A stretch of 64,000 nucleotides of DNA from Moniliella sp. 'wahieum' (Eukaryota): assembly GCA_003971905.1 (NCBI GenBank), contig RSEE01000026.1, positions 620,001 to 684,000 of the forward strand. The letters run 5' to 3'. A program made the translations under genes and the position numbers. The notes below the pieces were generated by a model. The model was not told where the DNA came from. It was given only the letters and a program-made list of their open reading frames with translations, and searched no databases. The number at the start of each line of letters is the position of its first letter. The stretch's first letter is position 1. Below, in pieces: positions 37,320-52,438 of the stretch.

Positions 37320-38463
37320 GGCATCCCCCATTTGTCTCGTGAACACTTTACTCTCCCCTCTCCTGATCCCTGATCCCTGATCTCGGATTTCGGATCTCGG
37401 ATCTCGGATCTCGGATCTCCTCATGGCCCCTGTTTCAACGGTCGAATCACTCTTTTTTTGCACATCGTTTGCTTGCGTTACCTCTGGGAAGTTATCTTGG
37501 TTTGCATATTTTGCCACCATGTTTTCTCTTTCTTTCCCTCCCCTTCTGGTTCTCGCTGGAGGTGGATTTTCGTCTTTGGTTTTGGGGCTCCTGTATTCGC
37601 TTTCGCTTGCTACTTGCCTATCAATTCCTGGGATCGTTTTGCGATGCATTGCCTTGCCCCCCCTTTTGGTCACCTCTAAGGTCACTCGGGTCACTACGGC
37701 GTGGTTGGCTCACTGGTACGCGCTGGGAACGTTACATGCTGGGATGGTCAATAGTCAATGGTCATGCATCATGCCCGTAGCCCCCGCCGCCCTAACCTGG
37801 GTTTCTTTCTTGGCGCTGGTTAGTTGGTTCTGCGGGATTCTAAGATCTCAGAATCTCATATCTCATATCTCATTCTTTTCCAACACAGGAGGCCCGAAGA
37901 TTCTCCAGGCTGCAACCGAAACTCCTCCACTTACTCGTGGACACAGTGTACACATTCATCAACTATACCACCGTGAACGTTTAGTTGAACTTCAACCGGC
38001 AGTTGTCCTCTGGTTCGTCTCGCCCAGGCCCCAGCGCGCTGGAGTACTAGCTGTACTACGTCTCTTGCGGCCTTGTGAGGTGCTTGGAATTTGGACCGTG
38101 GCCGATAGAAGAGCCGCTCGGGTCAGTTGCAAGTTGACCAATGAAATGAGACGCGAATGACGCTCATTGGCCTAGGTCATCCGGCCATTGCATTCAGATC
38201 GCCCTGGATGAAGCTTGAAGTTATTCTCCTCTGTGACGCCACACTGGCGTAGTGGCGCCGGTAGCCCCCCAAGTCCGGAACCTTCTGGTTTGTTCCGTGC
38301 AATATTCCTTCCTGGCGGGGAGGAACCTTCTCTAGCCTCTGTAGCTCATGTGCAATGCAATACACTACCAATTGCCTGCTCTCTGGTCTATAACATCCTC
38401 GGATTGATTGAAGCTCTGAGCGTTGTTACATGTTATCCATTGCACTTGGAGGTTCGGAAGCGA

Positions 38464-38505
38464 TGATCGATGAACGTTGAACGTTGAACGTTGAACGTTG
38501 AACGT
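38464..38505. repeat. Heptamer array TGA-TCGA-(TGA-ACGT)5
   Basis: tgatcgatgaacgttgaacgttgaacgttgaacgttgaacgt. Confidence 0.95.
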
Positions 38506-38798
38506 ATTCCTATCAAGAGAAGTATGACACCACCCTAGGCTCCAACTGAAGTTCTTCGCCCGTGTGGTGACCAGTGAACACACCAATTCGATGATTCCGG
38601 ATGACCGGTGACCACCGATTGACCACCGATGATTAGAAAGAATCAATTAATTTAATCCAAGCTTTTCCGCTCAGCGCGTTCCGCCCACGTTTCCGACGGG
38701 CAGGGCAGCGCGAAGGTTTTTTCTCGTCCGGGGGGCATTGGGCATTCTCTCTCTCTCTTCTCACCTACCCCCAAACCAACCGGTGCACTTTCCTGATC

Positions 38799-39314
38799 AT
38801 GTTCGGTGCTCTTCGTTCTGCTGCGACCAAGACGGGTGCTTCTGCGCTGGGAGCTTCGCGTGCGCTCTCCACCTCGGCTGCTGCCCAGGACTTTTCGCGC
38901 TTGTCGATCATCGGCCGGATGGCGGGCATTGGGCCGGTGCGCCAGACGGCGAACGGGGTCGACGTGATCTCGTACACGGTTGCCTCTCAAGATCCTGGAT
39001 CGGGGCAAGCTCCTACGACCACCTTCCACCGTATCCGCGCCTTGGGCGAAAGCAACATCAAGCGCGTCTCGTCCGTTCAAAGGGTGACATTGTCTACGTC
39101 GAGGCCGACTTGTCCATCCAGCGCCCTCCTGGCGCCCAAGACGACGTCCCCGGCCGCATCTTTACCAACCACCGTACGTACCCAGGTTTCTTTTCCTTTC
39201 CTTTTTTCTGCCTTGCTTTCTCCTTCCTGCCATGGGATGAACACGCACCTGACCCTTCTTCTGTTCTAAGGATTCCTCTCGGTTGTTAAGCCCGGCTCCG
39301 AATCCCAAGACTAA
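38799..39314 (+). CDS. RIM1: Mitochondrial single-stranded DNA-binding protein; intron 39174-39270
   Basis: Presequence ...RALSTSAAAQDFSRLSIIGR, YTVAS...TTFHRI, KGDIVYVEADL (SSB OB fold). Splicing gives NHRFLSVVKPGSESQD*. Confidence 0.85.
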
Positions 39315-41097
39315 GCGGGTATGGCCGGATTAGTCGGCGTTCAACGTTGAGCGTTCACTTTGCTGCACTGCATGTGAGTGTTTTGGAAAATCAATTCCTA
39401 TGCGTTTTAGACTTTTTCTGGTGCATATTCCTAGGATTGAGGATGGGAGGGAAGAGGATTTGGCGAGCTAGGGCTGCCGAGGAAAAGAGGTACAGGGGGC
39501 GATGGATTGCAAGGGGATACAAGGGTTGGAAGAAGGAACCAGAAAGGCCACAGCAGAGCAGCAAGAACGCCAGTGACAGATTCCCCACTCACCGGGCCAA
39601 CAACGGGGGGCGGGGGTCAGAATCGTGTGGGATTCAAGTTGAGGGTACGTTGACTCAAGTTGAACTCAACACTCAATGTTCATCTCAAGTAAATCACGCG
39701 CACTGTACCACATAACGCGCATTCCCACCCCTCGAACGTCCCGTTCTTGAATCCAAGCCGAAAGGGCTGCTTCAGCCCACACCGGAAACACATGATAAAG
39801 GCGATGTTGGGCTGCGGGCAATTTAAGGAGACGCGTGGGGGGATGGAGAACGATGAGCACGACTGCAGTCGACGCAGGGACGATGTGCCTCAGCCTCATC
39901 GATGAGGGAACTGAACGAAAAGCAGCGCACGTACCTCCTCGGACGACATTGTTTCTCAGAAGAAAAAGCAACAAAAGTTGGTTAGGAAGTGAGGCCTGCA
40001 ACGGCGGGTAGAGCTACGCGGCAAAGAAGCGGGGCGGCAGGGAGTATAAGGTGGAGGTGGGGGGGGTGCACGGGTAGATATGCCATGCAGGTGGGTGTAA
40101 TAGGCTGGTGTTGGACAAGCCAACGGCGAGTGGACACTGCTGCCGCTACCTAGATCATCAGTACCTAGTAACTTAAAGTGGACGCGTATATGTTCCAACA
40201 GTGGGGGACGAGGAGGCGCAAGAGGTAGATGGAAAAAGGTATGTTATGTAAGCACGCTGGCTCAAGGTTTCCCTGGGCTGAGCGAGCCTCAGCGCCACCT
40301 GAGGCCTCAGCGATGGACCGGTCAGTACTCAGTGGTCGGTGGTCAGCTGACAAAAGAGAGGCTGGGGCCTGCTGAGGCGCTCAGACCACCACCAGCTGCT
40401 TGGCAAAACTCAGTTATAGCGCTTCCAACCACCTCCACTTGGCTGATTGAACGTCGGTGGTAAGACTACGGGAGGAGAGGATTGAATATTGACGTTTGAC
40501 TATTGAGGCTGAGCTCGGCGTTCGGCCGAAGCCTGCCCTGTCGGCGCAAAAGCGGCGAGGGACATTGGTCAGCATGCGTGCACGGGACCGGCGGGGGGCA
40601 CACTGCCGCCTCGGCCGGGCTCGATACCCCGCATACATACCCCGTCCCATCATGTGATGTGCCCACTGCTCGCATCCATATCCGTATCCCATCCCCATCC
40701 CCATCCCCATCCCCATCCCAGCTTACTCTGGACTGTACAACCGTAAGTGGGCCGGTGGATGCGGTCGATGGATTGATGGCTAATCCCCGAAGCCAAGCAG
40801 ACCCACTGCCTCAGGCATCCATAGTCTTGCGGCCTGCCGGTGGTGGCAAGCAAACGCAAAGCCAAGAGCCAAAGCCAAACGTCATTTTATTAAGTTGCTT
40901 TAAATTCTTCGAACGGCGTTCTCGGCGTCTGGTTAGCCGAAGCACCACCAAATATATAATTGCCACACGCCGCTTTTGGTGTCCTTGGCACCCCCTGATT
41001 GCATCGCACCCTCTTACAACGCCACCACATCCCCCCCTCCCTGCTGTTGCATACGCCCACTTACGACCACGACCCATCCACGATAACGAGTTACGAC

Positions 41098-42136
41098 ATG
41101 TCCTCCCAACGACCTCCCGATGTTCACCAGCCCACCGAACGCTCCCCGCTCTTACCCGCAGAAACGCCTCTGCCAGCTGCCGCCCTGGTGACCAACATGG
41201 ACATCGAAGCCGATCCTGCTTCCGCCATTTCACTTGCGTCTTCAACCTCGTCCAGCTCCCAATCGCCTCTGATCCACAAAGAGACCATTCGGGATTGGAT
41301 CATCGGATTGTCTGATGGTCTGACGGTACGTTTTTTTAACCCCTCTCTCCATCCTTGCTTTCACACCCATACTAAGCGCCCCTTACACCGTACTGACAAC
41401 CGACGGCTTCCCCCCCGTTCTGTGCGTAGGTCCCTTTTGCCCTGACTGCCGGTCTCTCCTCTGTTGGTTCCTCCAAGCTGGTCGTCGTGGCTGGCCTGGC
41501 GGAACTGACGTCCGGAGCGATCAGCATGGCCCTCGGCGGCTTTCTTTCTGCCCAAGCGGAGAAAGAATTTTACGACAACGCCGTACAAAGTACGACGCTT
41601 CGCCTGGCAGGCTCCGACGCCGAACAAGCCAAATTGGAAGTGACGGAGCTACTTGCCGAGTACGGGATCAGCGAGTCGGTTGCCCACTCGGCTTGCAGCT
41701 GCACCATGCCTCTTTGCCCAGCCCACCTCCCAGTCCAGGAGGGCAGAATACGAATAAGCTGCAAGGTGAAAAGCAAGCCCCCAGTGGATTGGTACGTCTG
41801 CTACTTCATTTAGGCCAAGGACTGGAACCCGTTTCTACCGAGCGCTCGCTCCAGTCAGGCTTCAACATTGGCTTGGGCTACGTGTTGGGCGGTTTGGTGC
41901 CCTTGGTTCCGTATTTTTTATTGGAAACCACCTTGGCGGGATTGCTCGCCTCCACCGCCCTCACCTTTGTCGCGCTGGTCCTGTTTGGTCTGGTCAAGCA
42001 TCGCGTTACAGGCGGCGCTCACAATGCCGGCGCCTACGCTTGGTCCGCACTGACCACCTTAGCTGTCGGAGGCGCGGCAGCTGCCTCGTCCTGGCTCATT
42101 GTGCGCTGGGTCGAAGGACCCGACGCGGACCTATAA
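41098..42136 (+). CDS. CCC1: Vacuolar iron/manganese transporter, VIT1/CCC1 family; intron 41326-41429
   Basis: IRDWIIGLSDGLT|VPFALTAGLSS, AGLAELTSGAISMALGGFLSA, IGLGYVLGGLVPLVPYF, LVLFGLVK, TLAVGGAAAASS. Confidence 0.9.
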
Positions 42137-42863
42137 CCTTAGGGGGACAAAATCGAACATCTTCTCTCTTGTATCCTGCACATACCTGGGGGATGTTCCG
42201 CTTTGTGTCACCTTGGACACTTGGTCTTTTTTCGGCGTCTCCTACCTGCCCTCCGAGTCTCACCTTTGCTTGTTTCAGGGGGAGCGTGACCCTCGTCAGC
42301 TTAACGCTCACCTGAGCGTTCAGCCTCTTCTATTCTTGGTTGCTGAATGTGCACATGATCGATGATCGTGTGGACCTCTGCCTTCCTCCCGTCCCACCAC
42401 ATTTTTACTACTGTGTTGGGCTCTACAGGACGCATGCTCCGACGACTTTGCCTGCTCCTCCTCGAACCTTGGCTGTTATTTTCCCTGCCCTCATTACGAA
42501 CGCCATCGAACATTTTGATCACGAATACACTCGATACACATGCTCCTCTTGCTTACCACCATAGCATGAACATTAGGTTGATGTCAGGTTGGCTCGTTAT
42601 GGTGCCTCAACCTGAGCTCGCCTAGACGTTCATAAGAGCTAGGGCTGGCAAATGGTTACACGGTCGTGAGTGCGCACACGTGGGTGTAAGACCTTCGCCA
42701 TCTATCTACGTCTCGCAAGGACGTTGCAGTCATTCATTGGGACCAGAGCCCGCTGCCAGTGTGAGTGGTGGGAGAAGCATCCTCCACGTCTGGGAGCACA
42801 ACGAAGGAATAGAAAGACAAGCGCGAGTCCAGGTTGCAAAAGTGAAACGCCGCCGTAGCGTAA

Positions 42864-44443
<1,580 letters not shown>

Positions 44444-45081
44444 GCTGCAAGCAGACGTGCGGATGGTGGCGGAGCAGAGAAGGTTGCGCACGGGCGCCGC
44501 TGGGCCCCGTCCGCTCAGCCGCGGCTGGGATCGGCGAACGCCGGAAGCCACGGGGGGCACGGGAGCACTCGGTGCAAGTGCGCTGGCCACGTAAGCATCT
44601 GTGACGCGCAGAGGGCGAGGAAATTATTCTGTCTCAAACCGCGTGGTAGGGTTGCGCGCTGGCCAGCGACGCGAGGGGCGGGGGGCCAGCGACGCCCACA
44701 ACCCAACACAACGGGGTTGTGAGTGCGCGTGGGCCCAACGCAGCCCAACACGCTGCCCACGGCTACTCGCGTCTGGCCCCCCGACGCTTCCCATCCCCAC
44801 CCGGCGTCCCCTCGAGCGCCCTGCCAGCAAGGCCGAGACCATCCATGTCGATCAGTTAACGTTCAACTTGTGAACGTTGAATGTTGAAGCGCGTCGACCT
44901 AATCGATGATCCTGCCTTCGCACCCCCGTCCCTAGCACACTATCTTGGCTCCATCCGACGACCAAGCAGGCACACTCGCAGTGCCGAGTGGCATGCCGCA
45001 TGCCGGCGAGAGGCAGGTGGGGGATGCAGATGATAGTTGGACGGGTAGTCAGATACAGATGGAATGAAGAGAAGGTGTGTG

Positions 45082-47588
45082 CTAGTGGGACTCGATGCTC
45101 ATCGACTCTAGGTCCAGGCTCGAGGACCAGTCCGGCAAGGGCTTGGCCGGCACAGCAGCCGGAATGGCCACGGGCGACGAATGGGTAGAGGAACGGTCTT
45201 GTTCCGGCCCAGAACCCTCGTCTCGTCGTCCGCCTCTTCGTCCTCGCTGTCTTCCGGGGCTACCTCAGCCCACTCAGATACAATGGATCAATGTATCGCC
45301 CCGACTTGGGCAAACGGAACGGGTCAAAGGGGAAGAACGCATCGCTCAGGCCCATTGAAGCGGTCTCCTTCGAACCCTTGTCGGCGTCGCGCGTAGCCAC
45401 ACGCTTGTTGGCTTCAATGATCGAAAAGCAGTAGAAAAAGCCCGAGTACTGGGCCACATGGGCAAATTGCTGCACAATCGCTGGGGCACAGTAGCGCAGC
45501 GGGTTAAGCGACGAGGTGACTGCCCGCGTCAGCACACCCAAACAGGGCACCCAGGCCCGATCGTCCATCTCCGTCCGTGGCGGCGGGTACCGCCCACGAT
45601 CGAACCCACAGAGGACATGCTGAAAGCTGCCTGGATCGGGGCTGCCAATGCCCGATCGAAGGCTGGCACCATAGCTCTCCTCGCCGGTACGCAGGTCACG
45701 CCAACGGAAACAAAAGATGTAAAATGCTGCCTGGGAGACAGAGTAGAAAGGATGGTGCGCCGGGGAACCTGGTGCTGCCTCAAACAGAGGTGTTCCAGGC
45801 ATCGAAGCGTCCGCTAGATGGCCCTCGAGGAAAGCACACAAGTTGGTCATCACATCGCGACAGATGGGTGCATGAACAAACTTGGCGCGTGATACAAACG
45901 ATGCCGTGTAGGAGGCCGCAGCGAGGCGAATGATGGGTGGCTCGTCTTTGGTATCAGGCCCGGCGGTCGCCCAGTGCAACGCGGTCGACAACAGCGAGCC
46001 GAGAACAAATCGACATAGTCGGCATCGAGCGAGGTGAACCAGAAGAGCAAAAATTGCACGTGACGGACTTGAAGGTGGGGAGGATGGAGCGGTTAAAGAC
46101 AGACATGAGGGAGGCAAACAGATTGTGCCGGGATCACGAGCGCCCGTGTGCGCTTGTCGGTTGGCTTGCTGACCCAAGGACGAGTTGAGTCGATTAATAT
46201 GGTCCAAAAGTACCTTCATCACCGAGTCCAGCTGGTCCACTTGCGCACCCGTACAATCGACTTGGCAGCGGTTGCTTCATCGTCGTCTTCCTCTTCGGCG
46301 CTGTCATCCGAAGAGATTTGCTCATCCCCTCCAAGATCGTCCTCGTCATCGTCCCCATCGTCGTCGTCATCAGTATCAACCTGGTCGATCCCTTGGTCCA
46401 AGGGATCGTCTTCATCGTCCGACCCAAACGCCGCCCCAGCTTCGTCCTCTAACTCGTCCAGTTCCACCTGAATCTCCACATCCGTCTGCAGCGCCCGCCC
46501 AATCACCAGTTGAGCACCGAGTCGGACATCTCGGGGCAGTACTCGCACACACGAAAGCATTACGAATGTAAACCAATTGAACCATCGCTGACTCGCGCTT
46601 GGGGGGGAAGTATTTGCGCAACATGGCCTCGAGCGAAAAGTAAGAGTAGGCAACGGCCAAAAGGCGGCGTAAGAGGCCATGCGTACGATCGTACATTAAA
46701 CGGCGGGTCGCCATGCCTTGCGGGCCAGCCGCGTCGGACCCGGTGGTGCGGGCCAAATCAGCCAAGGCAAGCGCACGCCAATCGGTGCGGAACGAAAGCG
46801 TCTTGACGGCTCGCTTGAGCACAGGGTGCAGCCACTCACCCCGTGCCGAAACAAGATGATAAACAAAATTGACCCACACTCGCACAAAGGACTCGCTCAT
46901 CGTGGTCCAAGGAAGAAGGAGAATGTTGTCTACCAGGGCAGCATGACTCGAGTCCAACTTGGAAACCTGCTCCGACAACGCAACAAGCCAAGACTGCAGT
47001 GTTGATGGCGAAGCCATAAAAGAAGACGATACAGCTGAACGCCCGACGCGCCATCCTCGTCGTCCGCCTCCGCGGGCATGGCAATGGCAAACGCAGCCGT
47101 CAACTCATTGTACTGCGTCAGGTTGCCCTAGACAGCAAATGCAGCGCGTCAGCACAGGATGCACAAATCCACAAAGAAATGGTACTCACAACAGCCTTTT
47201 GTTCCAGGGCATTGGTGACAAACTTGAACATACCCTGCTTGAGGCGCTCGCCGCTCAGGGCGGACTTGTGTGGCTGTGGGGGCATCTGGAACGAGGGAGG
47301 AGGCGCCTGGGACGACGGAGGCGGCACAAGCGGTGGAGGGGATACCTTCCCCCGCTTGCGCAGAGGGGCGATCGCCTGGAGCGAAGCCGAGAGGCTCGAT
47401 GGCTCGATCGCGGGCGGAGGGGATGTGCGAGGCAGACCGGAGACGCGTATTGGGACGGGGCTGGAGCGGGCGGTGGCGGTCGGGGTGGCGTCGCTCGTGC
47501 CGCTGCGCTCGTCGGCGGAGGGGACGAAGGGCTGGAGCGCAACGGCCGACGTGGCCACACGGGGCCGCGTGCGCTTCGTCCCAGCCAT
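45082..47588 (-). CDS. RRN3: RNA polymerase I transcription initiation factor; intron 47128-47189 (frameshifted)
   Basis: WLVALSEQVSKLD..HAALVDNILLLPW, YFPPKRE, DVEIQVELDELED, VQFLLFW, RLAAASYTASFVSRAKFV, FYSVSQAAFYIFCFRWRDL, LNPLRYCAPAIVQQFA, FFPFDPFRLPKS. Confidence 0.92.
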
Positions 47589-47874
47589 GGTGTGCTGGTG
47601 CTGGGTGGGGGGCGGGGGGCGGGTGGGCGGTGGTGTGCTTTGCGGGCAGAAAAAAAAAAACGCGTCACGTGGTCTGCGGGCGGAACGCAACGCAACGCAA
47701 CCAACGTTCAATCTTTCAATGCGCCATGTCCACCTCGTCTGGCGTGGCATTTGAAATTGGAGGAAGCACACCACGCTGACATAAGCGTCTCGCCGCTTCT
47801 TCCCCTTCGTCTTCCTCGCAAGCACCCCGTCGAGCGAGCGCACCGCACGCCGTCCGGCAGAACAACCACCCACG
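47589..47874. promoter_or_regulatory. Short divergent (bidirectional) promoter RRN3/MRP7
   Basis: ~286 bp between divergent ATGs. Contains a poly(dA) tract followed by ACGCGTCACGTG (MCB-like + E-box) near 47649-47672. Confidence 0.5.
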
Positions 47875-48619
47875 ATGGTCCTCGGACGTTTTGCTGCCCG
47901 CCTCCCCGTCCTGGCTGCTACGTCGGCAAACGCAGCCCACGCGGCGCGCGCACACGTGTCCGCTCGTGCGGCTGTCTCGGCGTCGCTGCTGGGCAGCCAC
48001 TCCTCCGTTCTCCCGGCCTTCCGCTTGGGCTGCCATCCAGGTCCGTAACTCGACCAAGCACGCCTCGGGTCACACCCGCAACGGCCGCAGCTCAGGCGGC
48101 AAGCGTCTCGGCCCCAAGAAGCTGGAGGTGTGTACCCGTTTCTCTTGCTGTGTGGTGTGCCGGCCTCAGCTAACCCTTTCTCCCGCGCGCTTCGCTAGGC
48201 TCCAAGGTTCGTGCTCAGAACATTCTCATCCGCCAGCGCGGAACCAAGTGGCACGCTGGTGAGAACGTTTCCTGTGGGCGGGACCACACGCTCAACGCCA
48301 AGGTCCCTGGTTATGTCCACTTTTACATTGGTGCCTCGGAACGCAAGACGGACCGTGAGAACCGGGCCAGGAAGCGTGCCTACCTCTTCCTCGGTCGCAC
48401 CAAGCATGAGGGTGAAAACATCCCTCGCCTCGCCACACTCCCCGTTCGCAACATCTACCACACCCTTCCGCGCAAGCGTTCTCATCCTGTCTCGCGCCAC
48501 ACTTACCGGCGTTACATGGGCGTGACGCTGAGCCGTGAGCAATCGCTCCCGTGCTCAAGGGCGAGAACTCGCCTCGTCTGCTCAATTACGCACGCGTCGC
48601 CGTGCGCAAGTCAGACTAG
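47875..48619 (+). CDS. MRP7: Mitochondrial ribosomal protein bL27m; intron 48128-48198 (frameshifted)
   Basis: [72 protein letters not shown]. Intron with GCTAAC branch point. Confidence 0.85.
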
Positions 48620-49025
48620 CGGGGCTCTTCCGTGATGCATGTCTCAATGGGATCCAAACCGATCTATGCTCTCCTGAAGCCGAAAGTTGCCTTAGCCCAC
48701 ACAGTCGTGCGACCAGTCTGCGCCTCGCTTCACACAGTGGAGTCCTGGACTGTCTCCGTGCAGTACCACCATTGGACATTTTTTTGACAGTACAATGCAA
48801 CCGCATTGTATTCCATCCACCCGAAAAAGGGAGGCGGTGGGATGTGAAGCTGCCCAGCCAACGCCCCCCACTCTTTACATTAGATCTCGGAAGAGAAGGT
48901 GTAGCAGAGCCAACATTTAAAAGACAGGACGCTACAACAGAGCGGAAGGAACTCCGGAGCATGTTCTAACTGCCTTTCCGCCCATTGGGCGTTGCCCCGC
49001 TCCTTTCGACTCCACCTGGGGCCCC

Positions 49026-49681
49026 ATGCTCGTTCCCGCCTGCACCAGCAGGATGAGCGTGGCGGCGTCGCGTGCGGCATGCCGCATGGGCTCACGCGCT
49101 CGCCTACGGTTGTTCGCCACCATGACCGCCCCATTGCCTCGTGTCTCATCTTTGCCAGAACATCGACCTGAGACGGTACTTGTTCCACCGACGCTTCTTG
49201 GTTCGGTGGACCTCATCGCCTCGGCCCATCGCGGGCAAGGCGTGATGTTCCTTCGGGCTCCCCTTGGAGCGCTTGCCTGGGATCCAACTTGTTTCAGCCC
49301 TATACCCTGCTCAGTGGAAGCGGAGCAACCACCCGCCCTCCTCCACCAGCTTCTTGGTCCTGACACTACGCCGGTCGCTCGGACCGAGAGGGTTGTGGTC
49401 AAGGCCAAGAGCGAATTTGTGACACACCTCGCGTCTCAGTTCTCCTGGGAGCGGGCGGTGCATGAGGCATCCCTCCGGCTAGGCACCACGTTGAGATCCA
49501 ATCAGAGGATTCAAATTCAGCCGATGCGGGCATGGTCAATACTTTGCTTCCTCCAGGGCACGAGGTGCGGATGTGGCTTGATTCGACCCGTCGAAAGCGC
49601 AAGTCCAAAATGCGGAAACATAAGCACCGCAAGTTACTCAAAAAGATGCGTGCACGTAAAATCAGACAGGGCCGTGTCTAA
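49026..49681 (+). CDS. COX24: Mitochondrial ribosomal protein mS38 / Cox24 (DUF1713) (frameshifted)
   Basis: C-terminal DSTRRKRKSKMRKHKHRKLLKKMRARKIRQGRV* at 49580-49681; Arg-rich N-terminal presequence. Confidence 0.75.
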
Positions 49682-50850
49682 AGTCCAAAACAAGTTGATG
49701 GCGCCCTGGCGAGGTTCATGCATTGTTTACGGATCGTGTCGATCATGCAGCGGAGAGTTTGGATAAAGACACGTTGGACCTCGCCCTCCACCTCCGTATG
49801 TACGTTTAACGCGAGCGGTACCAAATTTGAGAGCGGGGCTCGTGGACCTCGGTGGGAACTTGCTTGGGAGATGCGGATTATCGGCGGTCGTGGATTCGGA
49901 TAAGATGTGCAAACTGGGGCAGGGCATTCATCGCATTGCCCTTCAGTAAAGCTAGTGAAGACGCCTCTTACTATCCTGACTGTACTGTACTCAGACCAAT
50001 TGCTTCGCAACCTGCTTCTTCGATCCGTGCAGTTCTACCAGGCTATCAAGTTGTGGGCGATGTGCTGGTCGAGATTAACGCTTTCCTCTCCATGGAGTTT
50101 CGATAAAGGGGGGGGGGACGAGAACACTCCCAACAGGATAAAAAGGGCGGGTACTTTGACGTGCTCATGAAGCTATCTGACGCGGACGCGCTTGACGGGT
50201 CGGTCACACACACATACCCACCGGCCGTGCATATTGCCCTGTTCTAGATCTTCCTTGAAGCTTGAATTGACACTTGACTCCTTTGTGTCTCTCTCCTTCT
50301 CAGATCAGATCTCATGCGTTGATTTATCGTGTGATTGTTTCTCCTTCCCCTCTGGTATATACGGCACCACTCAATGCAGCTGAATATACCGTCGGCATCC
50401 AAAGCAATATCGCTTCTTCACTACCCCTGATTGGGGGATGCACATGTCCCTTCTAGGCAGGTATAGTGCGTAGCACGTGCATGCACGATGCACCCAAGAG
50501 GTCATCGATTCTCTTGCCATCACTTTTGTTTTTGCCCTCACATGTCACATGCTCACATGTCCATGTCACACAGAGTGCAAGTGGAGTCTGACGATCTGAC
50601 GCCATCGCTGAAGCACAACATATTCTTGTCTTGCACCAGCACCCAACCCAAGGTGGGCGCGTTGCAGCTGTGCGGGACCCACAGCGTTCATTTGCGCTCC
50701 ATCAGGAACGCCCACATGTTATCATCGTTCAACAATGATTAAAGAACCGGCTGCAGAGAAAGAAGAGGAGAACGTGGCGGCGCACAGAAGGGTGGGGACC
50801 AGCTGTAGATATAGTCAGCTACAGGTAGTATGGCATCTGTCTGCATCAGG

Positions 50851-50913
50851 GGAGCATTCGGAGAGCATTCGGAGCATTCGGAACATTCGGGGCATTCGGG
50901 GCATTCGGAGCAT
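50851..50913. repeat. 9-bp minisatellite (GRRCATTCG)n
   Basis: ggagcattcg gagagcattc ggagcattcg gaacattcgg ggcattcggg gcattcggag cat. Confidence 0.85.
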
Positions 50914-51656
50914 CATTGTTCACAAGAATGTAGAGAGGCAGGTTACGCAGGGAGGGACCGTGGTATACAAAGAATGCCATGGCTGGATCGTATATACTGG
51001 AAAGTGTTGGTGCACGAGAGGAAACCGTAACGCCCACGGTACGCCTCAAGGAGAGAAGAAGTTTTCCTGTTTCTTTTGTTCGAGCAATTGGACTTCGACA
51101 AGAATTAAGAACACCAGCAAAAGTGCCACGGATGCATTTTCCTTACCATGTAACAGGCAACAGCTATTCTTTCCTTTGGCGGCGATGGTGATGGTGATGA
51201 TGAGACGCGCGAATACTATGCCACCAAAACGGCTATCAAAAACAAGATGTTTGAGCACTGGAAAGAACTTACTGACGAGTACATTGCATCATTTACTATC
51301 ATTAATTGCACACTGATGCACTCAGTCTGATGCATCTGATGGCGCCTCGTGGGACTGAAGGGGAGACAGTGTAACAGTCGGAGCTATAAAACGAGGGAGG
51401 AAACAGAAGGCATCGGGCAGAGAACAGAGAACAGAGAACAGAGAACAGAAGGAAAAGGAAAGGGAAGAGCGAAACACAGGATGCAGAATTGGAAATTTGA
51501 AGCCAGCTTATAGTATTTAGTCATTTGGTGACAGAGAGACTTGCCTGAGGCCTGAGGCTCAGGCCTGAAGCCCTGAGCCTGACCGAGCGCCGACGGCCGC
51601 TCTGTATACCATTTTTGCCATGGTCGCGCCGCATCATGGCACTACCCCCACGTGCT

Positions 51657-51738
51657 ATATATACGCAACAGCAGCCCCTCCCCACAAAGGAAATATATAC
51701 CCCAACAGCAGCCCTTCCCCACAGAGGAAATATACCCC
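51657..51738. repeat. ~37-bp tandem duplication (2 copies + partial)
   Basis: CAACAGCAGCCC(C/T)TCCCCACA(A/G)AGGAAATATA at 51666 and 51703. Confidence 0.85.
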
Positions 51739-52412
51739 TACCTCTCCGTCAGTGATCAAGTGATGGCCAGTTGCTACACGACGGGGTGACTGGTGTGACT
51801 ATTGTTAGATGAATTGTTTGCAAGGCCACCAGAACGACTGATCCTGACCGCGCATGGGACTGTCCCAGGAACAGTTTTGGGTTCATTGATTAATGACGGC
51901 GAGAGGGAATCGAATAATCGCTCCCCGGTAAGGCCGGTAACCCGTGCCCCTGGAACCTGCTTCTTTTCGACTCTGATCCGCGCGCCTGACGATTGACATG
52001 AATCTTGGTGGGTTGGTACGAACTTGCCCACAGCATACGATGCCATATGAGCGAGCCGGGCGGGGGCAGCCTTTCTCCGTGGCCTGTGCATTAAAGTTCT
52101 TTGGGGGGTTGCAGCTGAGAAACAAACGCTATTAATACTACAATCAAAAGCTAAACATCCAACACGCTCAACGTTTGTTCTGTTTTGCTGATGGTCCGGA
52201 TGGTGCAACCTCTATCTGGGTCTCGTTTATATATACGGGAAGCGACGGATGAGTACTCAGACTGAGTCTCGTTTGTTTGGCATGGTATGGCACAGTCGGT
52301 CGCTCTCTCTACCTGCCCCACAATCCAGGTCCACACTTTGCCGACACCATTTCTGGGGGTTGGCGAAACACGTTGAACGTTGAGCGCTTGAGCCCCTGGG
52401 ACATGAAACTCC

Positions 52413-52438
52413 TCAAGCTTCAAGCTTCAAGCTTCAAG
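52413..52438. repeat. Heptamer array (TCA-AGCT)3-TCA-AG
   Basis: tcaagcttcaagcttcaagcttcaag. Confidence 0.9.

Noticed and set aside
37423..38160. 245-aa hydrophobic ORF as a membrane protein
   Set aside because: Hydrophobicity arises from T-rich 3'-UTR-like sequence, it runs through heptamer repeat patches, and no family motif is present.
46959..48173. 404-aa plus-strand ORF
   Set aside because: Mostly antisense to RRN3 and spans the promoter; only its end overlaps MRP7, out of frame.
49678..50010. 110-aa minus-strand ORF convergent with COX24
   Set aside because: Non-ATG start and no recognisable domain; insufficient support.
50735..51316. 193-aa ORF containing SIR/GIR repeats
   Set aside because: The repeat comes from a 9-bp minisatellite and the rest lacks coding-like composition.
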